From contig CAVTQK010000009.1 of NCBI GenBank assembly GCA_963736855.1, positions 448,001 through 512,000 on the forward strand: a stretch of 64,000 nucleotides of DNA, given 5' to 3'. Positions within the stretch are counted from its first letter, which is position 1. The number at the start of each line of letters is the position of its first letter. A program made the position numbers and the translations under genes. Below the pieces are notes generated by a model. The model was given only the letters and a program-made list of their open reading frames with translations. It ran no database searches and had not been told where the DNA came from. Below, piece by piece: positions 1 to 10,535 of the stretch. Source of the DNA: an uncultured delta proteobacterium. Lineage in GTDB: Bacteria > Desulfobacterota > Desulfobacteria > Desulfobacterales > UBA2156.

Positions 1-712
1 GGGAACTCCTATCCGTATCGGCATCAATTCGGGATCCCTCGAAAAGGACATCATCCGTAAATACCAGGGAGTCACCCCGGAAGGAATGGTAGAAAGTGCC
101 ATGCGGCACATCCAGATGTTCAAAGAGTTTGACTTTGAGAACATGAAGGTCTCCTTGAAAGCCTCCGATGTGCCCAGAACCATTGCTGCGTACCGCCTCC
201 TTTCTGCCAAGAGCGACCTGCCGCTTCATATCGGCATCACGGAAGCGGGCTCTCTGTATCCTGGAATTGTTAAATCGGCCATCGGCATCGGGATGCTCTT
301 GGCCGAGGGCATCGGCGATACCCTTCGAGTCTCTTTAACCCGGGATCCGGTGGAAGAAGTGCGGGTGGGTTATGAGATTTTAAAGGCCTTGAATCTTAGG
401 CGACATGGGCCTGAAATCATCTCCTGTCCCACCTGCGGTCGCTGTGACATCGATCTGTTTCGCATCGTCGAGCAGGTGGAAAAGGCCCTGATCCGGAGTT
501 CCGTTCCTGTCAAGCTGGCCATCATGGGGTGCGTCGTCAACGGCCCTGGAGAAGCCCGGGAAGCCGACATCGGCATAGCCGGCGGCAAGGGCACGGGTGT
601 GCTCTTCAGAAAGGGAAAAGTGATCAAGAAAATTCCGAAAGAACGCCTGGTGACGATCTTGCTGGAAGAGGTCCGGCGGTTTGAAAGGGGAAGAGAGGAT
701 AAAACAGCATGA
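1..712 (+). CDS. ispG: 4-hydroxy-3-methylbut-2-enyl diphosphate synthase (5' truncated by window edge)
   Basis: Frame is open from base 2 (PIRIGINSGSLE). Motifs LHIGITEAG, GIGDTLRVSLT, SCPTCGR and MGCVVNGPGEA are present. Confidence 0.97.
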   Translation, partial: GTPIRIGINSGSLEKDIIRKYQGVTPEGMVESAMRHIQMFKEFDFENMKVSLKASDVPRTIAAYRLLSAKSDLPLHIGITEAGSLYPGIVKSAIGIGMLLAEGIGDTLRVSLTRDPVEEVRVGYEILKALNLRRHGPEIISCPTCGRCDIDLFRIVEQVEKALIRSSVPVKLAIMGCVVNGPGEAREADIGIAGGKGTGVLFRKGKVIKKIPKERLVTILLEEVRRFERGREDKTA

Positions 713-2229
713 CAAAGCGTGGAGAGACGGCGATTTCCCCCACTCGAGAAGAAGATTATTCGGAGTGGTACCAACAGGTGATCAAGGCTTCCGATCTTGC
801 CGAAAGATCGGCCGTTCGGGGGTGCATGGTCATCAAACCCTGGGGATACGCCTTGTGGGAAAACATCGTAGATGCCCTGGATGCCATGTTCAAGGCCACC
901 GGAGTCCAAAATGCCTATTTCCCCCTGTTTATCCCCCTGTCCTTTTTAAAAAAAGAGGCCGAGCACGTGGAAGGATTTGCTAAGGAATGCGCCGTGGTAA
1001 CCCATCATCGCCTGGAAAAAGCACCGGACGGTAGCTTAGTTCCTGCAGGTCTGCTGCAGGAACCCCTGGTGATCCGGCCCACATCGGAGACGATCATCGC
1101 GGATTCTTTTTCACGATGGGTTTCCAGTTATCGAGATCTTCCCATCCTCATCAACCAGTGGGCCAACGTGGTTCGCTGGGAGCTGAGAACCCGTATCTTT
1201 TTAAGGACCAGTGAATTCTTATGGCAGGAAGGACATACCGTTCACGCCAAGTCGGAAGAAGCTGTAGAGAGGGCTCTTTTGATGCTCGATATCTACGCCC
1301 GGCTTGCTGAAGAATACCTGGCCATGCCGGTGATCAAAGGCCGAAAGACAGCCTCGGAACGGTTTCCGGGTGCTGTGGACACCTTTTCCATCGAATCGAT
1401 AATGCAGGATCGGAAGGCTTTGCAGGCGGGGACCTCCCACTTTTTAGGACAAAATTTTTCGAAAGCATCCGGAATCAAGTTCCAGAACACCGACGAGAAA
1501 GAAGAATTCGCATGGACAACATCCTGGGGATCGTCTACCCGGATGATCGGCGGCCTCATCATGACACACGGGGATGACGACGGGATCATCCTTCCGCCCC
1601 GGGTGGCTTCGGCCCACGCGGTGCTGCTCCCTATTTATCGGTCTCTCGAAGAAAAAACCGATGTCATGACTTATGCCGAGAGCCTTGCAAAGGAACTCAG
1701 AGGCATCCGCTACCACGATGCTCCGCTTCGCGTGCTGATCGACGATCGGGAGACCGGCGGGATCCGGAATTGGATATGGATCAAAAAGGGGATCCCCTTG
1801 AGGGTCGAAATCGGGCCTAGGGATATCTCCCAAAACGCCGTCTACCTGGGAAGACGCGACAAAAGGAGCAGCGATAAAATTTCCATCAAGCGGGATGCCT
1901 TTGTGGGGAGCATCACCCAGTTACTCGATGAAATTCAGAAAAATCTTTTTGAACGGGCCCTGAGCTACCGCAACGCCCACACCATAACCCTGGATGATCG
2001 AGACGGTTTTTATGCGTTTTTCACACCGAAAAACGCTGATCAGCCGGAGATACACGGTGGGTTCGCTCTTTCCCATTGGTGCGGTTCTCAGGATTGTGAA
2101 TCCAAACTAAAGGAAGATCTGGGTGTGACCATTCGATGCGTTCCCTTCGAAAACGCACCTCAGAACGGTTCATGCATCGGCTGCGGGAGATCCAGCAGCG
2201 AACGGGTCGTCTTTGCCAAGGCCTACTGA
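709..2229 (+). CDS. proS: Prolyl-tRNA synthetase, archaeal/eukaryote-like family
   Basis: EDYSEWYQQV, IRPTSET, NQWANVVRWE, EFLWQEGHT, QAGTSHFLGQNF and C-terminal VVFAKAY with a Cys cluster. Confidence 0.97.
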   Translation: MTKRGETAISPTREEDYSEWYQQVIKASDLAERSAVRGCMVIKPWGYALWENIVDALDAMFKATGVQNAYFPLFIPLSFLKKEAEHVEGFAKECAVVTHHRLEKAPDGSLVPAGLLQEPLVIRPTSETIIADSFSRWVSSYRDLPILINQWANVVRWELRTRIFLRTSEFLWQEGHTVHAKSEEAVERALLMLDIYARLAEEYLAMPVIKGRKTASERFPGAVDTFSIESIMQDRKALQAGTSHFLGQNFSKASGIKFQNTDEKEEFAWTTSWGSSTRMIGGLIMTHGDDDGIILPPRVASAHAVLLPIYRSLEEKTDVMTYAESLAKELRGIRYHDAPLRVLIDDRETGGIRNWIWIKKGIPLRVEIGPRDISQNAVYLGRRDKRSSDKISIKRDAFVGSITQLLDEIQKNLFERALSYRNAHTITLDDRDGFYAFFTPKNADQPEIHGGFALSHWCGSQDCESKLKEDLGVTIRCVPFENAPQNGSCIGCGRSSSERVVFAKAY

Positions 2230-2281
2230 CCGGATCCGGTGAACTTTGTCCTTAAAATAACGCCATAGATTTCCGATCCAT

Positions 2282-4429
2282 ATGATTCGGATCAACGACA
2301 TCATCGATAAGGTCCTTGAAGTCAATCCCGATGCCGATATCGACATCATCAACCAGGCATACATCTATTCCGCCCGGGTGCATCAAGGCCAGGTGCGTCT
2401 ATCCGGCGAACCTTACCTGACCCATCCCCTGGAAGTTGCGGGGATCCTGGCGGATATGAATCTTGACAGCGTCAGCATTGCGGCCGGTCTCCTTCATGAC
2501 GTGATCGAGGACGCGGAAGAGACCCGGGTCACCCCGAAAGATCTGGAGGCTATGTTCGGAAAAGAGGTGGCCCAAATCGTATCCGGCGTGACCAAGCTCA
2601 GCATCCTCCCTTTCAGCAGTGCACAGGCCAGACAGGCGGAAAGCATCCGGAAGATGATTTTAGCCATGGCCGACGATATCCGGGTGATCCTGATCAAACT
2701 GGCCGATCGCCTTCATAACATGCGGACCCTTCAATACCATAAGATCAATAAACGAAAGGAGATCGCCCAGGAAACACTCGATATCTACTCCCCCATATCC
2801 GGACGTCTCGGGATCTACTGGATTAAGAAGGAATTGGACGAAATCGCCTTCATTAACCTTAATTACGGCGAGTACTCCAAGATTCAAAGCCGTCTCAATA
2901 AAGGGCGCCGGGAGTCTGAAAAATACATCGAAACGGTCAAGACGCTTCTCAAAAAGAGGATGGAAGAATCTGGCTTGAAATGTGAGATTCTGGGAAGGTA
3001 TAAACATATTTACAGCATCTATCAAAAAATGGTCAGTCAAAAGCTCTCCTTCGAAGATATCTACGACGTCATCGCTTTCAGAATTATCCTTTCCACCATC
3101 CCCCAGTGTTATGAGGCTCTCGGAATCCTGCATTCCTTGTGGAAACCCATAGCGACGAAATTCAAGGATTACATTGCCGTCCCCAAACCCAACATGTACC
3201 AGTCCCTTCACACCACCGTCATCGGCCCCTATGGTGAACGGGTGGAAATCCAGATCCGGACCTGGGAAATGGACAAGGTGGCTAAATCCGGAATTGCAGC
3301 TCACTGGAGTTACAAGGAAGGGGAAAAAATCGATGAAAAAATCCTCAGGCGCTTCTCGTGGATTCAAAATCTTGTCGAAAACCAGGAAAATATCATGGAT
3401 CCGGATGAATTTTTAGAGAATGTCCGCATCGACCTCTTCCCCGACGAGATCTATGTCTTTACACCACAGGGGGAAATCAAATCCCTGCCCAAAGGCGCCA
3501 CACCCATCGATTTTGCTTATGTGATCCACTCCGAGGTAGGGGACCAGTGCACAGGCGCCAAAGTGAACGGCCGGATGGTCCCCCTGAAACATGAGCTGGA
3601 AACCGGGAACATCGTCGAGATCATCACCACCAAGGGACATTACCCCAGCAAGGACTGGCTCAATTTCGCCAAAACCGTCAAAGCCAAGACAAAAATCCGG
3701 CAATGGATCAAGTCACAGGAGAAGGAGCGCAGCCTCTCTTTAGGCCGGGAAATGTGTGAAAAGGTTTTTCGGAAATTCCGTCTTAATTTCGCCGAGCAGA
3801 GCAAGTCGCCGGTCATGGAAACGGTGGCGGCGGAATTCGGATTCAAGTCCCTGGAGGATCTGATCGCCAGCGTGGGATACGGAAAGATCACTCCCCTTCA
3901 GGTAGTCCGGAAATTCCTCCCCAAACCTGAGGTGGAAGAAGACTCTATCTTGACCAAGGTCACCGAGAAAGGAGATAGAAAGAAACCCAAAGGGGGTGTA
4001 ATCGTCAGAGGCGTCGATGATATCCTGGTTCGGTTTGCAAAATGCTGCCGCCCGGTGAGAGGGGATGCCATCACCGGTTATATCACGAGAGGATACGGAG
4101 TCGCGGTCCACCGCACCAACTGCATCAACGCCCTCAAGATGAACCCGGAACGCCAGATCGATGTCGAGTGGAATCCGGAAATCACCGAAACCTTTCCGGT
4201 TAAAATCCGGGTACGGTCTTTGGACCGTGTGGGTCTTCTAGCCGATCTTGCCGCCAACATCAGCAAGAACGCCGCAAATATTTTAAGTGCCAAAACCGAG
4301 ACCAAAGATGATGCAACGGTAACCAGTTTCTTTACCATCACCGTGGACAGTACCACGCACCTGGAACGGGTTATTGCAGATATTCGAAAGATTAAGAACG
4401 TTCAGGAAGTCACCCGCATCGATCATTAG
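2282..4429 (+). CDS. rel: Bifunctional (p)ppGpp synthetase/hydrolase (long RSH, Rel)
   Basis: Intact HD motif (LLHDVIED), [25 protein letters not shown], and TGS, CC and ACT regions. Confidence 0.95.
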   Translation: MIRINDIIDKVLEVNPDADIDIINQAYIYSARVHQGQVRLSGEPYLTHPLEVAGILADMNLDSVSIAAGLLHDVIEDAEETRVTPKDLEAMFGKEVAQIVSGVTKLSILPFSSAQARQAESIRKMILAMADDIRVILIKLADRLHNMRTLQYHKINKRKEIAQETLDIYSPISGRLGIYWIKKELDEIAFINLNYGEYSKIQSRLNKGRRESEKYIETVKTLLKKRMEESGLKCEILGRYKHIYSIYQKMVSQKLSFEDIYDVIAFRIILSTIPQCYEALGILHSLWKPIATKFKDYIAVPKPNMYQSLHTTVIGPYGERVEIQIRTWEMDKVAKSGIAAHWSYKEGEKIDEKILRRFSWIQNLVENQENIMDPDEFLENVRIDLFPDEIYVFTPQGEIKSLPKGATPIDFAYVIHSEVGDQCTGAKVNGRMVPLKHELETGNIVEIITTKGHYPSKDWLNFAKTVKAKTKIRQWIKSQEKERSLSLGREMCEKVFRKFRLNFAEQSKSPVMETVAAEFGFKSLEDLIASVGYGKITPLQVVRKFLPKPEVEEDSILTKVTEKGDRKKPKGGVIVRGVDDILVRFAKCCRPVRGDAITGYITRGYGVAVHRTNCINALKMNPERQIDVEWNPEITETFPVKIRVRSLDRVGLLADLAANISKNAANILSAKTETKDDATVTSFFTITVDSTTHLERVIADIRKIKNVQEVTRIDH

Positions 4430-4617
4430 GCGACTTTAACCACACGACCCGATTTGATGCATTGGGTACAAACAACCATGCGCCTCACTTCACCTTTTTT
4501 GATAGTCCGAACTCTTTGAAGATTTGGGTTGAATCTCCGTTTGGTGACGTTGTGCGCATGGCTGATATTGCTTCCCACCATGGGTCGTTTCCCGCATATT
4601 TCACAAATCCGTGACAT
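4426..4617 (-). CDS. rpmB: 50S ribosomal protein L28 (Zn-ribbon form)
   Basis: [10 protein letters not shown]...[16 protein letters not shown]...CTQC. Confidence 0.97.
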   Translation of the reverse strand: MSRICEICGKRPMVGSNISHAHNVTKRRFNPNLQRVRTIKKGEVRRMVVCTQCIKSGRVVKVA

Positions 4618-4760
4618 TTTATCTCTCCTATGGATTTCTCAATGAATCCTATATCTAAAAATTTGATTTTATATCCGATTCAATATTGAAAGTAAAGGAA
4701 TTTTTACAAGGAAAGGCGCCGGCCGGATACAATCCCGGATAGAAGCGGCTGCAAAAAAAA

Positions 4761-5405
4761 TCACTTTTTGGCCATGACCGCATCACAGCGCTCAACGTAA
4801 TCGATGGCCTGTCGGTGCACCCCCACATCGGGATGAAGCATCAAGATGTTCATAAAGCGCTGTTTGGCGGCTTCGTAGTGTTGGGACTTGAAATAAAAAA
4901 GGCCGATGTAAAATTCATGCCCTGCCATGCTCTCGTGGCATTTCTTGATATGAGTCCGAGCTTTTTGGGCATATGGGTCTTCAGGAAATTGTCGGGTAAG
5001 TCGTTCAAATGTTTCCAAGGCTTTTTTTGCCGGGGTTTGATCCCGGTCAATGGTTTCCAGTTGATCGAAGTGGCACCTACCAATCTGATAGATCACGTAT
5101 GGAACCGCTTCATTTTGCGGATGGAGGGCCTCAAACTCTTCGTATGTAAATACGGCCTCTTCATATTCCTCCAGCTCATAATGGGCGTCCGCCTTTTTTA
5201 ACTCGGCCAGAATTGCGTACTTGGAAAACGGGTACCAACTCTTGAGTTTATCGAAAAGTTCGATGCTTTTTTTATAATTTCCGCTTGAAAACGCATCCAT
5301 CCCATCGCTAGCCAATTCCGGGGCGGTTTTTTCCTCCTTGGACTGAAAATAGGAGCATCCGGATACGAAAAAGAAAACAAATATTAAAATAAGCAAACGT
5401 TTCAT
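4761..5405 (-). CDS. bamD: Outer membrane protein assembly factor BamD (lipoprotein)
   Basis: Lipobox VSGC, YPFSKYA, TPR repeats, DRDQT and AGHEFYIGLFY. Confidence 0.9.
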   Translation of the reverse strand: MKRLLILIFVFFFVSGCSYFQSKEEKTAPELASDGMDAFSSGNYKKSIELFDKLKSWYPFSKYAILAELKKADAHYELEEYEEAVFTYEEFEALHPQNEAVPYVIYQIGRCHFDQLETIDRDQTPAKKALETFERLTRQFPEDPYAQKARTHIKKCHESMAGHEFYIGLFYFKSQHYEAAKQRFMNILMLHPDVGVHRQAIDYVERCDAVMAKK

Positions 5406-5500
5406 TTCCAGTCGTCACACCCTTCCTAAACCCCGGCGGCGAGCCTGGAAAGCCCGCCACCGAAAATCCGATTGAAAGCGACTGTTGACACGAGATTGAA

Positions 5501-5830
5501 TCAGGCAAGGACCTTATTGATGGTATCTTCGAGTCTGGACTTGGCAACCATTCCCGTCACTTGTTCCACGACATTCCCCCCTTTGAAAAAAATAAGGGTG
5601 GGTATGGCCCGAATCCCATACTTTCCAGGAGTCGCCGGATTGTCATCCACGTTGCACTTGGCAAACTTGATCCGATTACCGAAAGCGCTGGACAATTCTT
5701 CCACGATGGGTGAAATAGCCCGGCACGGACCGCACCAGGGAGCCCAAAAGTCCACCAGCACGGGTTGGTTGGCTTGTAGAACCTCTTTTTCAAAACTGGT
5801 ATCACTGACTTCCATCACGCCTTGAGCCAT
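5501..5830 (-). CDS. trxA: Thioredoxin
   Basis: VDFWAPWCGPC and YGIRAIPTL. Confidence 0.97.
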   Translation of the reverse strand: MAQGVMEVSDTSFEKEVLQANQPVLVDFWAPWCGPCRAISPIVEELSSAFGNRIKFAKCNVDDNPATPGKYGIRAIPTLIFFKGGNVVEQVTGMVAKSRLEDTINKVLA

Positions 5831-6406
5831 GTCCATTCATCCTTTCCTAAAATTTATCAATTTTTTATTATAAAAAACAGGCTCCTTCTTGTCAATATGC
5901 TTTCATCACCGTGTGTTAGCCAAGCGAAAATGTCCCCTTCAACTATCATGCGACAATGCTCCCTCAGGGAGAAACAGATCTTAAAGGGGAGAATCGATTT
6001 GATGCAAAAGGAGATTCACCGTGTGCGTATCTTTGAGCGGGTAAAGCAAAGCAGGGGGCGGTATCGTTTGCGCAAGGTGTCCAGCTGATGGGCTTTTATT
6101 ACCATAAGGTCAGGAGGATGCCCGGGCGATCCTGGCATCGAGGGGTCGGTGGGCTGGTACACCGCAACCGTAAAGACGCTCCTCAAAATCGCCTGGATCC
6201 CACTCTTGAAGGCTGGCTCCTTGAGCTTTACGGCCGCATCCCCAGTGTTTTCGACAATTTCCACTTCATGGAAATATTCCCCGCCAAGAGGGGATCGGAA
6301 TTAGCAGAAAAACATACCGCAATCGGGTTCTATAAAAACGAATAAACCCCCCATTTATCACCGCCTACGGCATCTGTCAGGAATGCGATAGTGTTGACGA
6401 GGGTCA

Positions 6407-6437
6407 GGCCCCGCCACAGCTTCTTGCTTGCGGGGCC
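6407..6437. terminator. GC-rich hairpin downstream of the 6488-6820 gene (possible terminator)
   Basis: GGCCCCGC/GCGGGGCC 8-bp stem, but no clear U-tract. Confidence 0.4.
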
Positions 6438-6487
6438 GTTCCCGAAAAATTTAAGTGAATCGATTGAGCAAAATCGAAAAGGACCGT

Positions 6488-6820
6488 TCAGTGTTGCCCG
6501 GTGCCCCGCCCGAAGATGTCCCGGCCGGCCAGCGGATTATAAAGCTTGGTGATGGCAAACTTCATGACATCCAGGCTTTTCATGTCTGTGATGATCTTCC
6601 AGAGCAGTTCATCGGCTTTTTCCGGCAGCACACAGGCCTGGGTTGCATCAAAGCTCAGTCCGGGGTACCCTTTTTCCAGTTTTTTTTGATCCTTTTTGGT
6701 CATCTCAACCTGGACCGCCTTCTTGCCGCTGATCTCCTTGATCCGGTCAGACAAACCCAATCCCTGAAGTTTTTGAATCCGTTCATCATTCAGAAAAACA
6801 TTGATGTACGCATCGGCCAT
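6488..6820 (-). CDS. Hypothetical protein (110 aa)
   Basis: Strong RBS (GGAGGTG) before ATG 6820 and protein-like composition. No recognised motif. Confidence 0.75.
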   Translation of the reverse strand: MADAYINVFLNDERIQKLQGLGLSDRIKEISGKKAVQVEMTKKDQKKLEKGYPGLSFDATQACVLPEKADELLWKIITDMKSLDVMKFAITKLYNPLAGRDIFGRGTGQH

Positions 6821-7057
6821 TCGATCACCTCCATTTAAGCGGTTATCAGTAATAGGCATTCCGCATGCCTTTAGAATGCCTCGACTTGATTTCAATGTCA
6901 GCCAGATAACACGGGCAATGGGGGAGATCAAGACCCAAAATGACCCCGAACATCCCTTTTCTCCCTTTTTTGAAAACCCATTAATCTTTTAAATAAAGCG
7001 TATCCATGATATGGAGTCGGTATCAGGCCATTTCAAAAAGGTTTAAAAGACCTTCTA

Positions 7058-8041
7058 ATGAATCCCGCATACTTGGCTTCCTGGAAATCAGGTTCGTTTT
7101 TGAGGACCCTCGAAGGGGTTCTTGACCGCTTTTCGCCCTGCCGATTGTGTCCCCGGCAATGTAATGCTGCCCGCACAGACGGAGAGGCGGGCCTGTGCGG
7201 TCAGGCGAGCCTGCCCCGGGTGGCTCGGGCGTTGCCGCACTTCGGGGAAGAACCGCCGTTGACAGGCCGTTTCGGTGCCGGAGCCGTTTTTTTCAGCGGT
7301 TGTGCTTTGCGCTGTGTATATTGCCAAAACCATCAGATCAGCCAGGAAAACCTGGGAGAGGAAATCAACACCAAAGATCTGGCCGACCTTTTCTTGGAAT
7401 TGCAGGCAAAGGGTTGCCATAACCTGGATCTCGTGTCCCCCACGCCCCACCTGCCGTTCATTTTTCAGGCGCTGGCAATAGCCATTCCCAGAAGGCTTCA
7501 GATTCCCATTGCTTACAACACACACGGATTCCTGACTTCAGATGTGATTGACCTTTTGAGCGGCATTGTGGACATTTATCTTCCGGACATGAAATACGGG
7601 TCCGAAGAGTCCGCAAAGACTTTTTCCATGGCCCCAGGATACGTGGCCGTCAATCGGTCGGCAGTGGAACAGATTTATCACCAGGCAGGTCCCCTCGATA
7701 TCGGGCCGGATGGAATCGCCCAAAAGGGGCTTCTGGTACGGCATCTGGTCCTGCCGAATCATGCATTTGAAACAGCACGGGTTCTTGAGGCATTAAGCCG
7801 GATATCCACCCGGATCCCGGTCAGCCTAATGGCTCAGTATCGGCCCTGCCACCGGGCAGGCAGGCATCCGGTTCTTAACCGACCCATTACCGATATAGAA
7901 TACCAACAGGCCTTGGAATCGGCTCAGGAACTGGGGTTTGAAACACTTTTTATCCAGAGTCTGGAGAGTTCTGATATTTACTTCCCGGATTTTGATCGAA
8001 AAGATCCTTTTTCTCATCCCGATCCGGCCGTTTTTCCCTGA
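7058..8041 (+). CDS. Radical SAM protein, PflX-like family
   Basis: CRLCPRQC, HFGEEPP, CALRCVYC (CX3CX2C), DIYLPDMKY and RHLVLP. Confidence 0.88.
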   Translation: MNPAYLASWKSGSFLRTLEGVLDRFSPCRLCPRQCNAARTDGEAGLCGQASLPRVARALPHFGEEPPLTGRFGAGAVFFSGCALRCVYCQNHQISQENLGEEINTKDLADLFLELQAKGCHNLDLVSPTPHLPFIFQALAIAIPRRLQIPIAYNTHGFLTSDVIDLLSGIVDIYLPDMKYGSEESAKTFSMAPGYVAVNRSAVEQIYHQAGPLDIGPDGIAQKGLLVRHLVLPNHAFETARVLEALSRISTRIPVSLMAQYRPCHRAGRHPVLNRPITDIEYQQALESAQELGFETLFIQSLESSDIYFPDFDRKDPFSHPDPAVFP

Positions 8042-8047
8042 GGCAGG

Positions 8048-9229
8048 ATGCCCCCATTGGTCAAAGAATTGCTCTTTGCAGCATGCGCTCCCGGATTGGA
8101 GCCTTTTGTTTCAGGGGAATTGGAAACACTCGGACTGATCCGCCAAAGTGAATCGGAATCCCATGAAACACCACCCCCGGAACAATCCGATCTTGAAGAA
8201 AGCGGCGGCATCCCCTTTTCGGGAACCTTGGAGGATATCTACCGGGCAAACCTTGCGCTTCGATGCGCCAGTCGCGTCTTGGTCCGTATGCCCTCGTTCC
8301 GTGCCGCCGCCTTTCCGGAGTTAAGGCGAAAAGCCTCTCGGCTTCCCTGGGAAAGCTATTTTTCAAGGGGTCATTCCGTGGCTTTTCGGGTCACATGTCA
8401 CAAATCCCGTCTGTATCACGGAGAAGCTGTGGCGGAACGAGTTTCTGCGGCCATCCAGGATCGTCTGGGCTTTCCGATTCCCAGGATAAAATGGAACGAA
8501 GGGGCGAGCAAAGACGGCCTGCAGCTGATACTCATCCGACTGGTGCATGACGCATGCACCATCAGTGTTGACGCTTCCGGGCCCTTGCTGCACCGAAGAG
8601 GGTACCGCTTAGCCACCGTCAAGGCGCCTCTTCGGGAGACGCTTGCCTGCAGTATGCTCTTTGCTTCCCGATGGGATAAGACCGCCCCACTCATGGATCC
8701 GTTCTGCGGCTCCGGAACCCTTCCTATAGAAGCGGCCCTATGGTCCCGGGGGATTGCACCTGGCCATTTTCGGCGCTTTTCATTCATGAACTGGCCCGGT
8801 TTTGATCCCCAAAAAATCCAAGTCCTCCTGAAATCTTTAGAAAAACATCCTATAGGGCCGCCGCCGATGATATTGGCCTCGGATCGGGACAAGGGTGCTG
8901 TTCGTGCGGCCCGGGAAAATGCCGAACGCTGCGGTATGTTGGATTTCATCCGGTTTTCAGAACTGCCAATATCCGCCATCGAAGCGCCGAAAGACCCGGG
9001 CTGGGTGGTTTCCAATCCCCCTTTTGGGATCCGGATCGGTCAACGAAACGATTTGAGAAACCTCTTTGCTCAACTGGGAAAGACTCTGAGAGTAAGATGT
9101 CCCGGATGGAAGGTCACACTGCTGTGCTTAAATCAGGAGTGGATCCGATATGCCGGGCTGATCTTTGATTCCGGAATACCGGTGCTTCACGGCGGCAGGC
9201 GTGTCTGGATCTTTCGGACTAGGGTTTAG
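8048..9229 (+). CDS. THUMP-domain rRNA methyltransferase (RlmL/YpsC-like)
   Basis: LHRRGYR, APLRETLA, DPFCGSGT and NPPFG. Confidence 0.9.
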   Translation: MPPLVKELLFAACAPGLEPFVSGELETLGLIRQSESESHETPPPEQSDLEESGGIPFSGTLEDIYRANLALRCASRVLVRMPSFRAAAFPELRRKASRLPWESYFSRGHSVAFRVTCHKSRLYHGEAVAERVSAAIQDRLGFPIPRIKWNEGASKDGLQLILIRLVHDACTISVDASGPLLHRRGYRLATVKAPLRETLACSMLFASRWDKTAPLMDPFCGSGTLPIEAALWSRGIAPGHFRRFSFMNWPGFDPQKIQVLLKSLEKHPIGPPPMILASDRDKGAVRAARENAERCGMLDFIRFSELPISAIEAPKDPGWVVSNPPFGIRIGQRNDLRNLFAQLGKTLRVRCPGWKVTLLCLNQEWIRYAGLIFDSGIPVLHGGRRVWIFRTRV

Positions 9230-10407
9230 CCTGGCTTCCGGTTCACTCGAAAAAGGAGCGTGCTTGCCATGGCCGCAGAGAACAGGAAACAAATTCCCAT
9301 GGCATGAAAGACCACGTGCAGTCCGAAGTGATCCGCAAGGTAACCGGACACCGCCGCTGCTGTGGATCCGATCCCAAAAGTGACAAAAAAGTGGATCCCA
9401 TACCCCAGGCCATGTCGGTGACGGGGCAAATAGGTGGATAGAAGGTAATTCTGGATGGGCTGAGTGGAAAAATAAAAAAAGGCATACATCACCGCGGAAA
9501 GGACGAGGATCCAATTCCTTGAAATCGCCATCAGGAAAACAAATACCGTTCCGATTAGGATCGCTCCGAGATAGAGCCGTTCGGCCTGGATACGGTCCAC
9601 ACCACGGCCGGCAAAGTATTGACCCAGGGCCCCTGACATAAGAGCGATGGTAGCCATGGTCCCACCCAGGGCCACCTTTCCGACCTTGAGTCCTCCGATA
9701 TGAATGCTTTCTCCCATATAGACCGGAAGAAAGGTCATGATTCCTTTATATGTCAACCCGAGGGCCATGGCGGAAAGGAAAAAAACGACCAGATTCACAT
9801 AGGAAATAGAAGGGGATTCTTTTGTGCCTGAGTTTTTTTCAGCTTTTTCCTTTATCGCCGGGCGCCTGGGGATGGTGAGAGAATAGAATCCTGTGAGAAT
9901 ACCGATGAATCCATAGAGAACATGAGGTGACCTCCAACCCAGGGCGGTTCCGATCCAGGCGGAAAGCAAGGGGACCGAGGCGACCCCCAAACTTCCGGCG
10001 ATCCCATGGATGCCGAAAGCTTTTCCTTTCTCTTTTATTCCTAGCGAGATGAGGGTATTGGATGCCGGATGATAAGTGCTGCAGAAAAAGCCCATCCCCC
10101 CCATGAGCACGCCATAACTCATGAGGGAGCCGATGGGCCATACCCCTATCGCTAAACTGCCCGCTCCGAAGAGATACAAAGTAATCAGCCTTCGGGGGCC
10201 GATTTGGTCCGCCAGATATCCGGAAGGCAGAGAGCCGATCCCGAAAGCGTAAGAAAATACGGTCACGACAAGGCCCAAGTGGAAATAATCGGTACCGAAC
10301 TCCGTCATGAGCATTGGGATCAGCGGTGGAAGGACTCCCTCAAAAAGATGGACCAGGGAATGGGATGCCGTGGTCAAACCAATAATCCGTTTTTCTTCTT
10401 TATTCAA
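9226..10407 (-). CDS. MFS transporter
   Basis: About 12 hydrophobic segments and motif A GYLADQIGPRR. Confidence 0.9.
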   Translation of the reverse strand: MNKEEKRIIGLTTASHSLVHLFEGVLPPLIPMLMTEFGTDYFHLGLVVTVFSYAFGIGSLPSGYLADQIGPRRLITLYLFGAGSLAIGVWPIGSLMSYGVLMGGMGFFCSTYHPASNTLISLGIKEKGKAFGIHGIAGSLGVASVPLLSAWIGTALGWRSPHVLYGFIGILTGFYSLTIPRRPAIKEKAEKNSGTKESPSISYVNLVVFFLSAMALGLTYKGIMTFLPVYMGESIHIGGLKVGKVALGGTMATIALMSGALGQYFAGRGVDRIQAERLYLGAILIGTVFVFLMAISRNWILVLSAVMYAFFYFSTQPIQNYLLSTYLPRHRHGLGYGIHFFVTFGIGSTAAAVSGYLADHFGLHVVFHAMGICFLFSAAMASTLLFRVNRKPG

Positions 10408-10535
10408 TCGATGATCCTTCCGAAATCCCAGCGGCGTCTCATCCGATTGGCCCCGTTTTGAAAAGTCGTTTGATTCGACAAGCGCCTTGAGTACCCGTAA
10501 TAAATATGTCTGTCAAATTGAATTCCGGGATCCGG

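Noticed and set aside
5956..6345. Possible selenoprotein by UGA read-through (ATG 5956...CAYL-TGA 6034, or ATG 6002...KVSS-TGA 6086)
   Set aside because: There is no CxxU/UxxC motif or convincing SECIS hairpin, and the read-through products resemble no family I recognise.
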